Part shown: one piece after another, positions 1-12,148 of the stretch
Position numbering within the stretch: the stretch's first letter is position 1
How the letters are laid out: every line of letters starts with the position of its first letter
Origin: Mytilus californianus
Lineage: Eukaryota
Assembly: GCF_021869535.1 (NCBI RefSeq)
Contig: NW_026262581.1
Location: 96,100,001 to 96,164,000, forward strand
Direction: 5' to 3'
DNA length: 64,000 nt
Notes under the pieces: generated by a model
The model's database searches: none
Told to the model about the DNA's origin: nothing
Seen by the model: the letters and a program-made list of their open reading frames with translations, nothing else
Translations under genes and position numbers: made by a program

Positions 1-1239
1 TAATTCAAAACCAAAGTTAAAATGAAAATTTCTACATGACTAAATACTTACATGGTGGATAAAAAAAAAAAAACAATAAAAGTTACTTGTTAACCTTCTT
101 TGAGGGTTACTTTTTGCAAGGCACAACCACATAAAGGACACATGAAGTTTTTGTGATCGGGAGATGAAAGGACAATTAATATAAAAACTTGAAACAAACA
201 GATTTGTGGTACCACAAATTTAACTAACATGGGAGATAACTCTTCATTTCAAAAAGACAATTTAAATAAAGTTATATGTAGTTTTTACATGTGAGAAATT
301 TGGAAAAGTAATTATACAATGTATTCTCAAATTTTATGTACTTTATGATTATGAAAACACTTTTTGAATAAATGACTGTCTTTTTCACACGAAAAATACT
401 CTGAGCACAGAAATACATGTGCAACAGTTTCAAAACAAAAGTTAAATGCACATTTTGTGTATGTGGTTTTATTGATTTTTTTTCAAAAAAGTCCATTTAA
501 CCACATATTTACCAAAACAAAAGACAGTATTTGTTTTAATCCATTATTCAGAGGAAAAATTGTATTTTAATATAATAATGACAAATATCTATCGAAACCA
601 TAACGTTTCTTGTAAAAGCATGTGAAGTTGAGCATGGTGAATATCACTTTCTTCGGGTGAATATGCTGTTGTATTCAAAATCCATTAATTCATATAGTAA
701 AAACTTAATAAAATAATACCAATATGGAATAAATACTACTATTCATGCTATTACTCTAGCTGTATATAATTCTAACATTATGATTGCAAAATGAGTAAAC
801 TGAGCAATAATATGATCGATAAAATAAAATTCAAATTCATATATTCCTTGCAAGTTTCTAAATTGCACTATAGAGTATAGTTATAGTATAGTCGAGTATT
901 AAGAACATTTACATATACTATATAGTACTGCACAGTCTGTTTATTTTGATATATTTATACTGAATACTGGGGATCGAGAGTAGGGACAAGGTCTATGATT
1001 GTCCTAATTATTATGACTCTTGGAGGACTAAAAAACTTTATTTAGCTTTAGCAGATTTCATATATTATGAACAATATATTATCTGGCATTATCTGGACAC
1101 TATGATTACCTGAAAGATCGTGTTAAGTTTTCATTATCAAGGACTAATATATATATTATTAATGTTTGTGTAGTTGTCCCTATTTTCATATTAGTTTAAA
1201 ATCTTACACTCTGAAGTTGATTTGTGGAAATTGTAATTG

Positions 1240-1314
1240 TTTACTGTGCTACTGGACGCCATATTTACAATTTACCTGTAATGACCTAAATAATTGACAC
1301 TTTACTAATCACAG
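1240..1314 (+). other. Possible non-coding first exon / promoter region of the CUB-like membrane protein gene
   Basis: cag|gtaaag donor at 1314/1315; clustered CAGGTA/TACCTG and TAATTG motifs at 1270-1430; the first coding exon (9046) starts with an acceptor, so an upstream exon must exist. The 5' boundary is a guess. Confidence 0.3.
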
Positions 1315-1948
1315 GTAAAGGTTTAACTAAATGATACCAAGTTAAAATACTGGTTTTCATTATCGTCATTATCCCTCTCACATGAAAAGAACAAATTGTA
1401 CAAGGGACCAGTAATATACCTGTTCAGGTAGAACTTCCGGGTTATCATTTGCTTAACTAGGAAAATGGTAAGAAATTGAATAATCCAAATAAGTTTTTAT
1501 ATGGAAAACATTCAATCGAATTGTAGAGAACTACTAACATTACCAACTGAGATAATAAAAGGTAGTAGAAAGTATGTTTGTACTGTTATATGTGAACCGA
1601 ATCAAATTAAAACTTTGGTATTCGTATTCATTATCAGAAATGAATTGTTTAATTACATCAATCTGTCAATTATTGACTGACTATGGGCAATTAGAAATAA
1701 TCCTAATTTTGAATATATATATATAATCTGGTACACATTACATGCCCTATACAAAGTTAATCCATAGCATACTGGCATACTCTCCCTGCAGGGACTTTCT
1801 ATACTAGCATATATATAGACTGTCCCTGTTCCCTGGTAGTTGATTTGCCCCATAAATAGGTTGATAATCTTTTTTTGTATTTATAACCAACAAGTGGTTG
1901 CTTGATATCTGTTATTTTTTTGTCAAACTGCAATTATGATGATATATG

Positions 1949-2085
1949 CAGGGCTGTCAAGTTTTCATGAAGCAAATGTGTGAGATTTGGCAAAAATTGT
2001 AAAGATCAAAGAGAAAAAACAATAAATCAAAGGAAAATGCTGCCAAATTAGCATGAAATTGCGTGAGTCTCACTTGACAGCACTG
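1949..2085. mobile_element. Small MITE with CAG termini (hAT-like)
   Basis: TIR cagggctgtcaag / cttgacagcactg (12/13 match); flanks tatatg / catatg (5/6), consistent with a 6-bp TSD. Confidence 0.55.
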
Positions 2086-2312
2086 CATATGTTTCTGGTG
2101 ACTGCCTTAATTAGTGATGTCACATAGGGTATTGGGTTGCTTTGCCCTTATCACCTTTTATAAAAATGAATAACAAACAAAACAAAAGTTTTTTACCTAC
2201 ATACAACATAACTTCTTAATTTTGTTTTAAGATGTACATGTTTTTCATAATAAAGTTTAAGAATTATACTGTTCATACAGTCTTCAATATCATCAACTTA
2301 TTTGAGGTCAAT

Positions 2313-2440
2313 TGTTCTCTCCGGACACTCCCACTTCCTCCACAGATATAAAGGACGTACAGCCACAATTTAGCCAATAGTGCTGAAACTTTCCCCATGA
2401 AAGTGGTGTTAAATACCAATAATCAATCAACCAATCAACT
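2313..2440 (+). mobile_element. 3' fragment of a V-domain-like SINE
   Basis: ttctctccggacactcccacttcctccac followed by gaaagtggtgttaaataccaataatcaatcaa tail; same layout as 21619-21868. Confidence 0.5.
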
Positions 2441-3057
2441 TATTTGTCTTATATATATGAAATATGAATGAATACTTTATTGAAGAAAGCATCAAGTATG
2501 CTATAATAGCAACGGAAACATATTGACAACAAGACAAATGATAAACAGCTGAGCAGAAAGCAATACTTAAAATCCATAATAAGAAAACAAGCAACAATTA
2601 GTGTGATTTGATTGATCCTGCTTATTTTATGTATTTACACTATTTCCTTATAAGTGAAACATTCGTAAATTTAAATAATTAATTCTGTAATTTTGTAGTG
2701 TTTTGCCTAGAACAATAACATGTTGGTTAAAAAGTAGGCCTAATTGATCTAAAGGCATACTAATAAAAAATGGTATTTGTTTTCAACACACTGCATATTT
2801 CAGTATTTGCATATATATATATATATATATATTCTCTAGTCATTTTAGTATATCTTCCTGTTTCAATGTTCATTTATAGTGTTCTACTACATAATTTGAT
2901 TGAAACATGTGAATTATAACAATAATCTAAATAATCTTCAAACCTGAATTTTAACTTTTAGATAGATACTAGTTTTTCACTCCTTTCTACAGATTCTTAA
3001 CAGCTATGTATAAACTGATCTTTATTCTTTAATCCTATTCCTAATATCAATATATAT

Positions 3058-3673
3058 ATTTTATTAAACTGGTGATATATACGATTTCCCATGAGAGGAC
3101 AGCCAGGTGGCGCTGTCCAAGGTCATACTTCAGAGCTTGAGGATCTAGTTGTAAATAAGGGTGGGAACAATTTCACAAGAAATTCCCAAGAGGTGGGCAT
3201 ATGAAATCTATATCACGAGTTTAATAAAATTATAATTAATCTTCAAATGTTTCGATTAATTGAAACATTTTATTTAACTGGTGATATATACGATTTCCCA
3301 TGAGATTTTAGAGCACAACTAGATCATCAATCCACTAAGAATTGTTGAAAAACCTTCTTTAGGCCAGGTTATTATCAATCAGTTCAAATAATTTTATCTT
3401 TTAATAAACATATATACATTTGTACATTAATGTCCATCATAACATTTCTTAAGAACACAATCATTCAACTATAGCTACTTGATGGTAAAATCTTTTGAGC
3501 TAAATTATTTTCATTGTCGGTAATAATTGTTTTATTATAAAATTTTTGAAAAGTTGTTGCTGACTTCCACCCTGCACTTTTCATAATAGTGTCTAATTTA
3601 AGTCCTTGGCCTAATGCAGCTGATGTTGATGCTGAACGACAACTATGTGGACCAAAACATTCAATGTTTATTC
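3058..3673 (-). mobile_element. DIRS1-like retroelement 3' end: tyrosine recombinase C-terminus (3465-3673) plus terminal repeat region
   Basis: Minus frame GINIECFGPHSCRSASTS...AGWKSATTFQKFY (HxxR, W, Y motifs); a ~35-bp motif occurs twice direct (3060-3094, 3268-3304) and once inverted (3208-3232). Confidence 0.85.
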
Positions 3674-4874
3674 CAGGGCTCACGCTAGCAGGCGACTGGG
3701 GCGACAAAGTCGCTTTCCCGTCCGTCACTTCGCTTTGCCCGACCGTCAAAAGCGATAACTAGTCGTCCTGTTATTCACTGTTATTCGCTTTCAGTCGCTT
3801 TCTTCATCGGCAATTTATATGTAAAGAAATTCGAACATAAATAATTTATTTCTTTAGAAAAGTGGTGAAAGCATTGACTTTACAGTTGGTTGTATTTTAT
3901 TTCATAAAGACAAATTATTTTGTATCACTTCCAGTACTTGTTACTCGAGAGTGTACATCAATTCATTCTAATTTTCGGCAACATAAGTATGTTACTTCAT
4001 TAGAACTTGATAAAAATTGTCTTTAGTTAATGTTTAATCCCCTTGTTGCATTAAAACGTCATATTTCTTTCCAAATAGCTTGTCAAACATCGTTTATACT
4101 TGTAAATTTTCTTCGTCCGCCATTGAAATATTTGTACGAACTACGAATTGGAGGCGGGATTCATCGGAAGCGGATCAGCTATGAACGAAATCTGTATTTT
4201 TACGATATTAACTACGGACACACGATTGCACTAAAGAATATTGATCCCAAAAGGAAAATTACGCATTCCACAAGCATTAGCAGACTTTTGGTTAGATCTA
4301 CTTGCTTAATGTATATATTTCCATGTATATGCATTGTTTTAATTTAATGATTAAAGTTGCTAAACTTTGTTAAATTTATATATCTTTTTAATGAAAAACA
4401 TTGAATTTCATAAACATGATAAACAGATTATTTTTTTAAATGTATTTTAATTGATATATTATACTTTCTTTTCCGTTTTAGTATAAAAAAAAGATCTTTT
4501 TAGTGTAATATTATTAGTTTGTAGTTTCTGACAAGAAGACAAATATAATTGTGTATCTAGAAATGATAAACTTAAACAACTTTGAATTTGATATTTGAAC
4601 TGTTACTTTAATTATACTCCGTTTGGTGAACCAACGCCTGTGTGAATCCTTTCGGTAGAGCCCATGAGTGTTACTTTAATTGTATACTCAGGTAAGAATT
4701 GAACAAAATAAAAAAATATAAGATACATATGGCCCTTTATATTATAGTAAAAAACCAAACATTGTAGCGCCACAAGCAAACAAGTACTTCTCTTTCAAAT
4801 CTCACCACTTCTCCTTATCAGTTTCAAAAAGAGAAGTCACTTCTCCCTATGATTCTGAAGTAGTGTGAGCCGTG
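3674..4874. mobile_element. Non-autonomous TIR DNA transposon (hAT-like, 6-bp TSD) inserted in the DIRS YR gene
   Basis: TIR cagggctcacgcta / tagtgtgagccgtg (12/14); ttattc duplicated at both ends; the YR frame resumes exactly across it (KSS-GINIE); subterminal TCGCTTT and ACTTCTC repeats. Confidence 0.8.
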
Positions 4875-5080
4875 TTATTCCAGAACTTTTCATAACAGTT
4901 TTTATCCATCTGGCAATGGTACTTTTGGTGACAGCTTTATAAGGTTTTACAGTAGAAACAAACACTTTTTGTTCTTTGTTCCGAAGAGTTTCTGTTTTTC
5001 TTACATATTCCTAATAAGTTCTCAAAATACACAATTTTTCATTGACAATATATCTTTCAAATACTAAAGGTTGCATATGT
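4875..5080 (-). pseudogene. DIRS1-like tyrosine recombinase, middle fragment
   Basis: HMQPLVFERYIVNEKLCILRTY*EYVRKTETLRNKEQKVFVSTVKPYKAVTKSTIARWIKTVMKSSG; one premature TAG at about 5011-5013. Confidence 0.85.
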
Positions 5081-5732
5081 AGAAAGCATTTGATAGAGAC
5101 TGTCTACTTTTTAAATTGAGAAAAATTGGTATTAGCGGTATATTTTAAAATTGTATTACTTCTTTATACAGTAATGTCAATTGTGCAGTCAGAGTAAATA
5201 ACTTTATGACATCCTTTTTTCCTGTTGCTCTTGGTGTAAAACAAGGCTGTGTTTTATCGCTGACTTTATTTTCTATCTATGTAAATGATTTAGTCTCAGA
5301 TATTAAAAAAGCAAATTGTGGTATTCAAATAGATGACATAATGGTCTCTATGTTATTATATGCTGATGACATTGCATTGATTGCACCTGATGCAGAGAAA
5401 CTGCAAAAGCAGTTGGACATTTTAAACAAGTGGTGTGAAAAGTGGAGATTAACTCTAAATAAAAACAAAACCAAAATTGTTCATTTTAGAAATAAATCTA
5501 TACAAAGAAGTAATTTTCAGTTCAAATGTGGTGAACTTTGTCTTGAATATGCAACTTGTTATAAATATCTTGGTGTACTTTTGAATGAATTTTCGGATTA
5601 TTCAATAATTGCCAAAGAACTGTATAAATCAGCTAATAGAGCTCTTGGTGTTATTAAAGCAAAATTTTGTAAAACTGGTGGTATGAATTTTGATGTATTT
5701 ACTAAATTATATGACACTTTAGTCAAACCCAT

Positions 5733-7675
5733 TTTTATACGACCGCAAAAATTAAAAATTTTTTGGTCGTATATTGGTATGACGTTGGCGTCGTCGTCGT
5801 CCGGCGTCGTCCGAAGACACATTGGTTTTCGCACTCTAACTTTAGTTTAAGTGAATGGATCTCCATGAAATTTTACCATAAGGTTCAATACCACGAAAGG
5901 AAGGTTGGGATTGATTTTGGGGGTTATGGTACCAACAGTTAAGGAATTAGGGGCCAAAAAGGGGCCAAAAATAAGCATTTTTGTAACTTTCAGACAATAA
6001 CTTGTGTGTAAGTGTATGGATCTCTCTGACATTGTACCACAAGGTTCCATATCACAAAGGGAAGGCTGTAATTGATTTTGGGGGTAATTGCCTCAAAATT
6101 TTAGGAATTAGGGGCAAAAAAAGGGGCAAAAAACAAGCATTTTTCTAGTTTCATGACAATAACTTGTGTGTAAGTGTTTGGATATTTCTGAAATTGTACT
6201 ACAAGGTTTCATATCACAAAGGGAAAGCTGGAATTGAGTTAGGGGGTAATTGCCTGAAACGTTTAGGAATTGGGGGCCAAAAATAAGCATTTTTCTAGTT
6301 CCAAGACAATAACTTGTGTTCAAGTGTATGGATCTCTCTGAAATTGTACTGCAAGGTACCATACCACAAAGGGAAGGCTGGGATTGAGTTTGGGGGTGAT
6401 GAATCATAAGGGGGTTCAAAAAATTTGGGGGATGGGGTGGATTTTTTTTTTTTTCTTTTTTTTTCTTTTTTTCCTTTTTTTCCTTTTTATTTCTTTTAAA
6501 ATTTTCCATTTTAAGTTGGTTATTTCTGATTTATATTTAAAAGCAAATAATAATGATATGGTAGGAGATACACACCAAACAGGATGTGTAAATTTTTATA
6601 TAATAAGTATTGTGCAATAGCAAGAAATTTTCAATTGCACAGTATTGCACAATAGCAAGAAATCTTCAATTGCACAGTATTGCGCAATAGCAAGAAATCT
6701 TCAATTGCACAGTATTGCGCAATAGCAAGAAATATCCAATAGCACAATATTGCACAATAGCAAGAAATTGTCAATTGTACAGTATTGCGCAATAGCAAGA
6801 AATATTCAATTGCACAGTATTGTGCAAAAGAAGATACTTCTTATAAATTGCTTATTTCTTGATCAATTTCAATGGGGTTTTATTCTTGAATTCTTGGGGT
6901 TCTTTAATATGCTGAATATAACCGTGTATTAAGTTTTTGCATTTTGGGCCCCGTTTTTAAATTGGTCCACATTGAGGTCCAAAGGGTCCAAAATTTAACT
7001 TTGTTTGATTTCATCAAAAATTGAATTATTGGGGTTCTTTGATATGCCGAATCTAACCGTGTATTTAGATTCTTAATTTTTGGTTCCGTTTTCAAATTGG
7101 TCTACATTAAGGTCCAAAGGGTCCAAAATTAAACTTAGTTTGATTTTAACAAAAATTGAATTTTTAGTGTTCTTTGATAAGCTGAATCTAAACATGTATT
7201 TAGATTTTTGATTATGGGCCCAGTTTTCAAGTTGGTCCAAATCAGGGTCCAAAATTAAACTTTGTTTGATTTCAACAAAAATTGAATATATGGGGTTCTT
7301 TGATATGCTGAATCTAACCATGTATTTAGATTTTTGGGCCCCGTTATCAACTTTGTCCACATTGAGGTCAAAAGGGTCCAAAATTAAACTTTGTTTGATT
7401 TCATCAAAAATTGAATTCTTGGGGTTCTTTGATATGCTGAATCTAACCATGTATTTAGATTTTGGATATTGGACCATAATAGGTGAATGTCCAATTTAAA
7501 ATTTTTAAGTTCTTAGACCACATTCATTCTGTGTCAGAAACCTATGCTGTGTCAAATATTTAATCACAATCCAAATTCAGAGCTGTATCAAGCTTGAATG
7601 TTGTGTCCATACTTGCCCCAACTGTTCAGGGTTCGACCTCTGCGGTCGTATCAAGCTGCGCCCTGCGGAGCATTT
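5733..7675 (+). mobile_element. Helentron-associated (HINE/DINE-1-like) non-autonomous element with three internal tandem arrays
   Basis: 11-bp subterminal IR atacgaccgca (5737) / tgcggtcgtat (7641); inner IR at 5763; 3' hairpin gctgcgccctgcggagc; inserted at TT with no TSD; same family at 55298 and 59144. Confidence 0.8.
6606..6830. repeat. 35-bp minisatellite, about 6.5 copies
   Basis: agtattgcgcaatagcaagaaatcttcaattgcac recurs at 6606, 6641, 6676, 6711, 6746, 6781 and 6816. Confidence 0.9.
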
Positions 7676-8740
7676 TATTACATATGCTTCTGGTGTATGG
7701 GGCATTAATATACATAATTGTATAAATAGTTTGCAAAACAATGCTTGTAAATTTTTCTTAGGCTTAAGCAAGAGAAGCAGCAATCTAGCTGCTAGAGGTG
7801 ATATGGGTTTTTTATCAGGTGATGCACTACTAAAAGTTGAAGTTTTTAAACTATGGAATCGTCTTAAATGTGACAATACCAGTAATATATGTAAAAAGGT
7901 TCATACCTGGGCGATTAGAAGAAAATCGTCATGGGATTATAGAGTTTTACAGTTAGCTCGTAAATATAGTTTGATTCAAAATGTAGAAGATGAAATTAAT
8001 ATGAGTAATGTATGGGATTCTATACAAACTTTTGAAAAAGAATCTTGGCATCATGAAGTATGGAATGATAAAAATAATGTCAATGGTAATAAATTAAGAT
8101 TTTATAGATTGTTTAAAACTTGTATTGGTACGGAGCCTTATGTAAAGGTAGTTAATAATAGATGCCACCGACGTATTTTGTCATTTTTTAGAGCTGGTTC
8201 GTTACAACTTAAAGTTGAAACAGGTCGATATGCTAGACCACCAGAACCTCTACAAGACCGTTTATGTATTTTTTGTGATAGTTGCCAAATTGAAGATGAA
8301 AAACACTTTCTTTTTAATTGTTGTTTTTACTCTGATATCAGACATGAATTATATGCCAAAGCCTGTCTTTTAAATGTTGATTTTGAGTATTTATGCGATA
8401 TTGAAAAACTTCGTTATCTTATGTGTAATGAGAATATCGGTTCCTCTTTTAGCTAGTTCCCTTTATTATATGTTTTACCGACGTTAACATGTCATCTAGA
8501 AATTATATATGTTTTTTATTTTTTTTTTTATTTACGAAATACTTTTTAAATGTAACAAAGTTGTCCTTTTATGTATGTATTAGATGTTTGTTTTAATGAT
8601 TATTAAGTGTCTCATAAGTCATTTTTGGCTGGCATCCTTTTACTAAATGTTAGGTTCTTATGACTTTATGTGTATATATATAGATACTGTAATGGATGGT
8701 GACACTTTAATAAAATAAATCTTATCTTATCTTATCTTAT

Positions 8741-8945
8741 GTATCCCAGGTTTACTTTGTTTTAATAATTCACTAACATAAGCAACCATTTTGTCTCCTT
8801 CAATTTGAACATTATCTAATTCTAATTTATATACAGTTTGACATCTTTGTCCACTCAATAACATAAACAGCATAGCTAGTTTTTGCGATAACTCTAATAA
8901 AGACAACTGTCCATTGTCTGGTATTCATAGGAAATTTTCAAATAT
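8741..8945 (-). pseudogene. DIRS1-like tyrosine recombinase, N-proximal fragment
   Basis: IPDNGQLSLLELSQKLAMLFMLLSGQRCQTVYKLELDNVQIEGDKMVAYVSELLKQSKPGIH joins in frame to 5080 (PGI-HMQP); catalytic R in SGQR. Confidence 0.85.
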
Positions 8946-9091
8946 TATGATTGTTTGTGATTGGTGGCAGGTGGAGTATCTATGTATAATGATTACATTT
9001 TCAACTGAAAAGGAGTTTACTTAAGCTTTTTTCATTTACTCACAGATAGCTGAACCATGAAAAGCTTTCATCTTAATCAAGAAAGATAAAT

Positions 9092-9200
9092 ATGAGAAGA
9101 ATAACAGGATTTCTATTTCTGATTACAAGTGGCTTGGTCACAGGACAGTCGTCATGGTCATCTTGGAGTGGACAAGGTCCTCAAACTAATGATTTGACTT
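9092..9200 (+). CDS. Uncharacterised CUB-like type I membrane protein, coding exon 1 (signal peptide)
   Basis: Acceptor tcacag at 9045; MRRITGFLFLITSGLVTGQSSWSSWSGQGPQTNDLT; donor gtaagt, phase 1. Join 9092-9200, 11901-12148, 12995-13133, 17855-18244, 19278-20344 = 1953 nt, 650 aa, open throughout. Confidence 0.8.
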
Positions 9201-10146
9201 GTAAGTTATTTTAAAAGTTATTTTTCATAAGGAAATAATGAGAAAATTAAAAGCTTGTTCAAATATTCAGTATAATATGATAGACAGAAATTACAGAAAT
9301 ATTAGTTGCTTATTGTTGTTTCAGGGCAATATATCATGGTCATGGGAACTGGCTAAACAATAAGGGCCTAGAAGGGCTTTCTGTATATCAAGACTCTGTA
9401 GGAATCATTTATAACATATGACAGATAATATAAAGAATGAATTGGAATCTTGAATCAGAATTTTTAGAAAAATTTCATAAAATATAACTTTTTATTTATT
9501 TCTGTATTATTATGTGACCAATCTTAAAAGGGTATAACTAGGTGGATGAACTGTAACATTTTAGGGGAAAGTGGGTACCTTTTTTGTAAACATCTCCTCT
9601 ACAGTTTTATACTCTGATCCCTGAAACTTCACACAGAAATATGGCACTAATATTGGAAGTTTTGTTTATGCTATATATTAAATTGAATATTGGAAAAATG
9701 TTCAGTGGAACATCTAGAAAGCCCGCTATACTTTTGTATCATGCTTTTATAGGGAATTTTGTGAAGTTTGGATATCCAAAATAAAGAAGGGAGATTTTCA
9801 TTTCCCTTTTTTATGTTAATACAAAAGAAAAGAAAGACATATTTATGATTTTCTAAAATCTACTCTTTCTCGAATGATGCAAGATGAGAAGTATTTAATT
9901 GGAATTTCCCAGCTGTGAAATTCATGATCAGTTGTAAGGCAATCCAAAACCTGATTTTTCATATAAAAACAATATTTCTTTAGGCTTTGTCTGCTGGGAC
10001 AACAACATATCTGTTGTTAAGAGAGGAAAGGCATCCACAATCGCAAGCTTCTTTAAAGAGGTAGAATCCCATAATACATTGTAGATTTTAAATATTATTC
10101 TGAATTCATGACGGAACATCATTGATCCATTCAGTTTAGTGTCCAG

Positions 10147-11522
10147 TTTTTGTCTCGCCTGCGACAAAAGTCGCAGAAAGTGAGACATAGGTATTACTAT
10201 CCGGCGACGGCGGCGTAAACTATTTGTATAAAGCTTTATATTTCAGAAGGTAGAAGACCTGGATGCTTCATACTTTGTATGCAGATACCTTATGTTACGA
10301 ACTTTCTGTCTGTCATATGTCCAATGTCCTTGACCTTATTTTCATGGTTCAGCGACTGCTTGAAAAAAAAGTTTAGTTTTTTTGTTATGTAAATTTCTCA
10401 CTTATTATGAGTAATAGGATAACTATATTTGGTATATGGGTTCCTTGCAACGTCTACATGTCCATCAGACAGGGTTCACCTGACCTCAGCCTCATTTCAT
10501 GGATCAGTGATCAAGGTTAAAGTTACGTGATTAGGTCCGTTTCTCAGATACTACAAGCAGTAGGTCAGCTATATGTGGTGTATGGAATGATTATAAGGGA
10601 TACATGTCAGTCTGGCAGGTTTCATCTGACCTTGACCTCATTTTCACGGTTCATTGGTCAATGTTAAGTTTTTGTGTTTTGGTCTGTTTTTCTAATACTA
10701 TAAGCCATTGGTCAACTATATTTGGTGTATGGAATGATTGTAAGGTGTACATGTCTGTCTGGCAGGTGTCATTTGTCCTTGACCTATTTTCATGGTTCAT
10801 TGGTCAATGTTAAGTTTTTGTGTTTTGGTCTGTTTTTCTAATACTATAAGCAATAGGTCAACTATATTTGGTGTATGGAATGATTGTAAGGTGTACATGT
10901 CTGACTGGCAGGTGTCATTTGTCCTTGACCTCATTTTCATGGTTCATTGGTCAATGTTAAGTTTTTGTGTTTTGGTCTGTTTTTCTAATACTATAAGCAA
11001 TAGGTCAACTATATTTGGTGTATGGAATGATTGTAAGGTGTACATGTCTGTCTGGCAGGTGTCATTTGTCCTTGACCTCATTTTCATGGTTCATTGGTCA
11101 AAGTTAAGATTTTGAGTTTCGGTCTTTTTTTCTAATACTATATGCAATAGGTCAACTATATTTGGTGTATGGAAATAATTTATGATCTTTATGTCAGTCG
11201 CGCAGGTTTTATTTCACCTTGACCTCATTTTCACAGTTCATTACTCAGTGTTAAGTTTTTGTGTTTTGGTCTGTTTTTCTTAAACTATAAGCAATAGGTC
11301 AAATATATTTGTTGTATGGAAGAATTGTTAGCTGTACATGCCTGCCTGTCATGGTTCATCTGACCTTGACCTCATTTTCATGGTTCATTGGTCAATGTTT
11401 AGTTTTCTTGGTTAATGTTAAGTTTATGTGACAGTTGTAAGAAAGCTTTATATTTAGGACTATCAACATAATATCAATGATTAGTAAAGAAGGCGAGACA
11501 TTTCAGCATGTGCACTCTTGTT
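10147..11522 (+). mobile_element. HINE-like element with 147-bp tandem array
   Basis: Subterminal IR tgtctcgcct (10151) / aggcgagaca (11491); T-run start; short 3' stem; unit marker at 10422, 10568, 10715, 10861, 11008, 11155 and 11302. Confidence 0.8.
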
Positions 11523-11900
11523 GTTTATTAGAGGTTGACATTGTATACTGTCTGTCTATTGTTGAAGATCATATTAGATTTCCTTTTGTTTTTTGTTGGT
11601 TTGCTGTCACATTGATGTATACCCCACATCTGGTAAATAAACAGATAAAAAAAAAATATATTCTTTCACAAACTCTGGTAGAGAAGATGATTGAAATGTA
11701 GTGGCTATATTCAGGATTTGATTAACCTTTGAAATACAAAAATTAAAAACACTCCCTCCCCTATGCTTTTCAATTTTTTGGTAGTCAGTATCTGAGTGTT
11801 AGAAAATTTATATTACATATGGACTAAATGTTGTAAACAATTACACGAATAATGACCTCAATATTTTGTTACAATTATAAATTGTTGAATCTATTTTTAG

Positions 11901-12148
11901 TTTGGATGGATAGTGCTTCTCAATGTTCTGCCAAGCAGTTTAATGTGGGCACAAGTGCCATTACAATTTATGGAAAAGGTGCAGTCCAGAGCAATCCAGG
12001 AGCTCTTACAGAATGTCAAATAACATTGATTAGTGAAAAAACTGGAGAAATGAGGAGATTTCAAGTAGAAATTAAACAGGCAACCATCAATGAACAGAAT
12101 GTTGATTTTACAATGTATGATGGACAGAGTACAGGTTCTAATAGACTG
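11901..12148 (+). CDS. CUB-like membrane protein, coding exon 2
   Basis: ttttag acceptor, gtaaga donor; WMDSASQCSAK...TECQITL...VDFTMYDGQSTGSNRL (CUB-like Cys and YDG pattern); phase 1 to 0. Confidence 0.85.

Larger units (their letters stand above)
5081..8740 (+). mobile_element. 5'-truncated LINE ORF2 (RT plus C-terminal CxxC/HF..C region; RTEX/Proto2-like, clade uncertain), split by a HINE
   Basis: KAFD at 5083, GVKQGCVLS, YADD; the frame continues after the insertion as PI-ITYASGVWG into ORF 7731-8456 (ETGRY...LCIFC...EDEKHFLFNC); AATAAA plus (CTTAT)4 tail at 8721-8740; tatgt at both ends. Confidence 0.9.

Noticed and set aside
6606-6830. 35-bp partly palindromic repeats resembling a CRISPR array
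   Set aside because: Units are head-to-tail with no unique spacers, there are no cas genes, and the context is eukaryotic and inside a HINE.
6904-7499. ORFs with repeated peptides (KSKYMVRFSISKNP), also 6108-6620 and 10604-11115
   Set aside because: Chance open frames through satellite units and homopolymer tracts.
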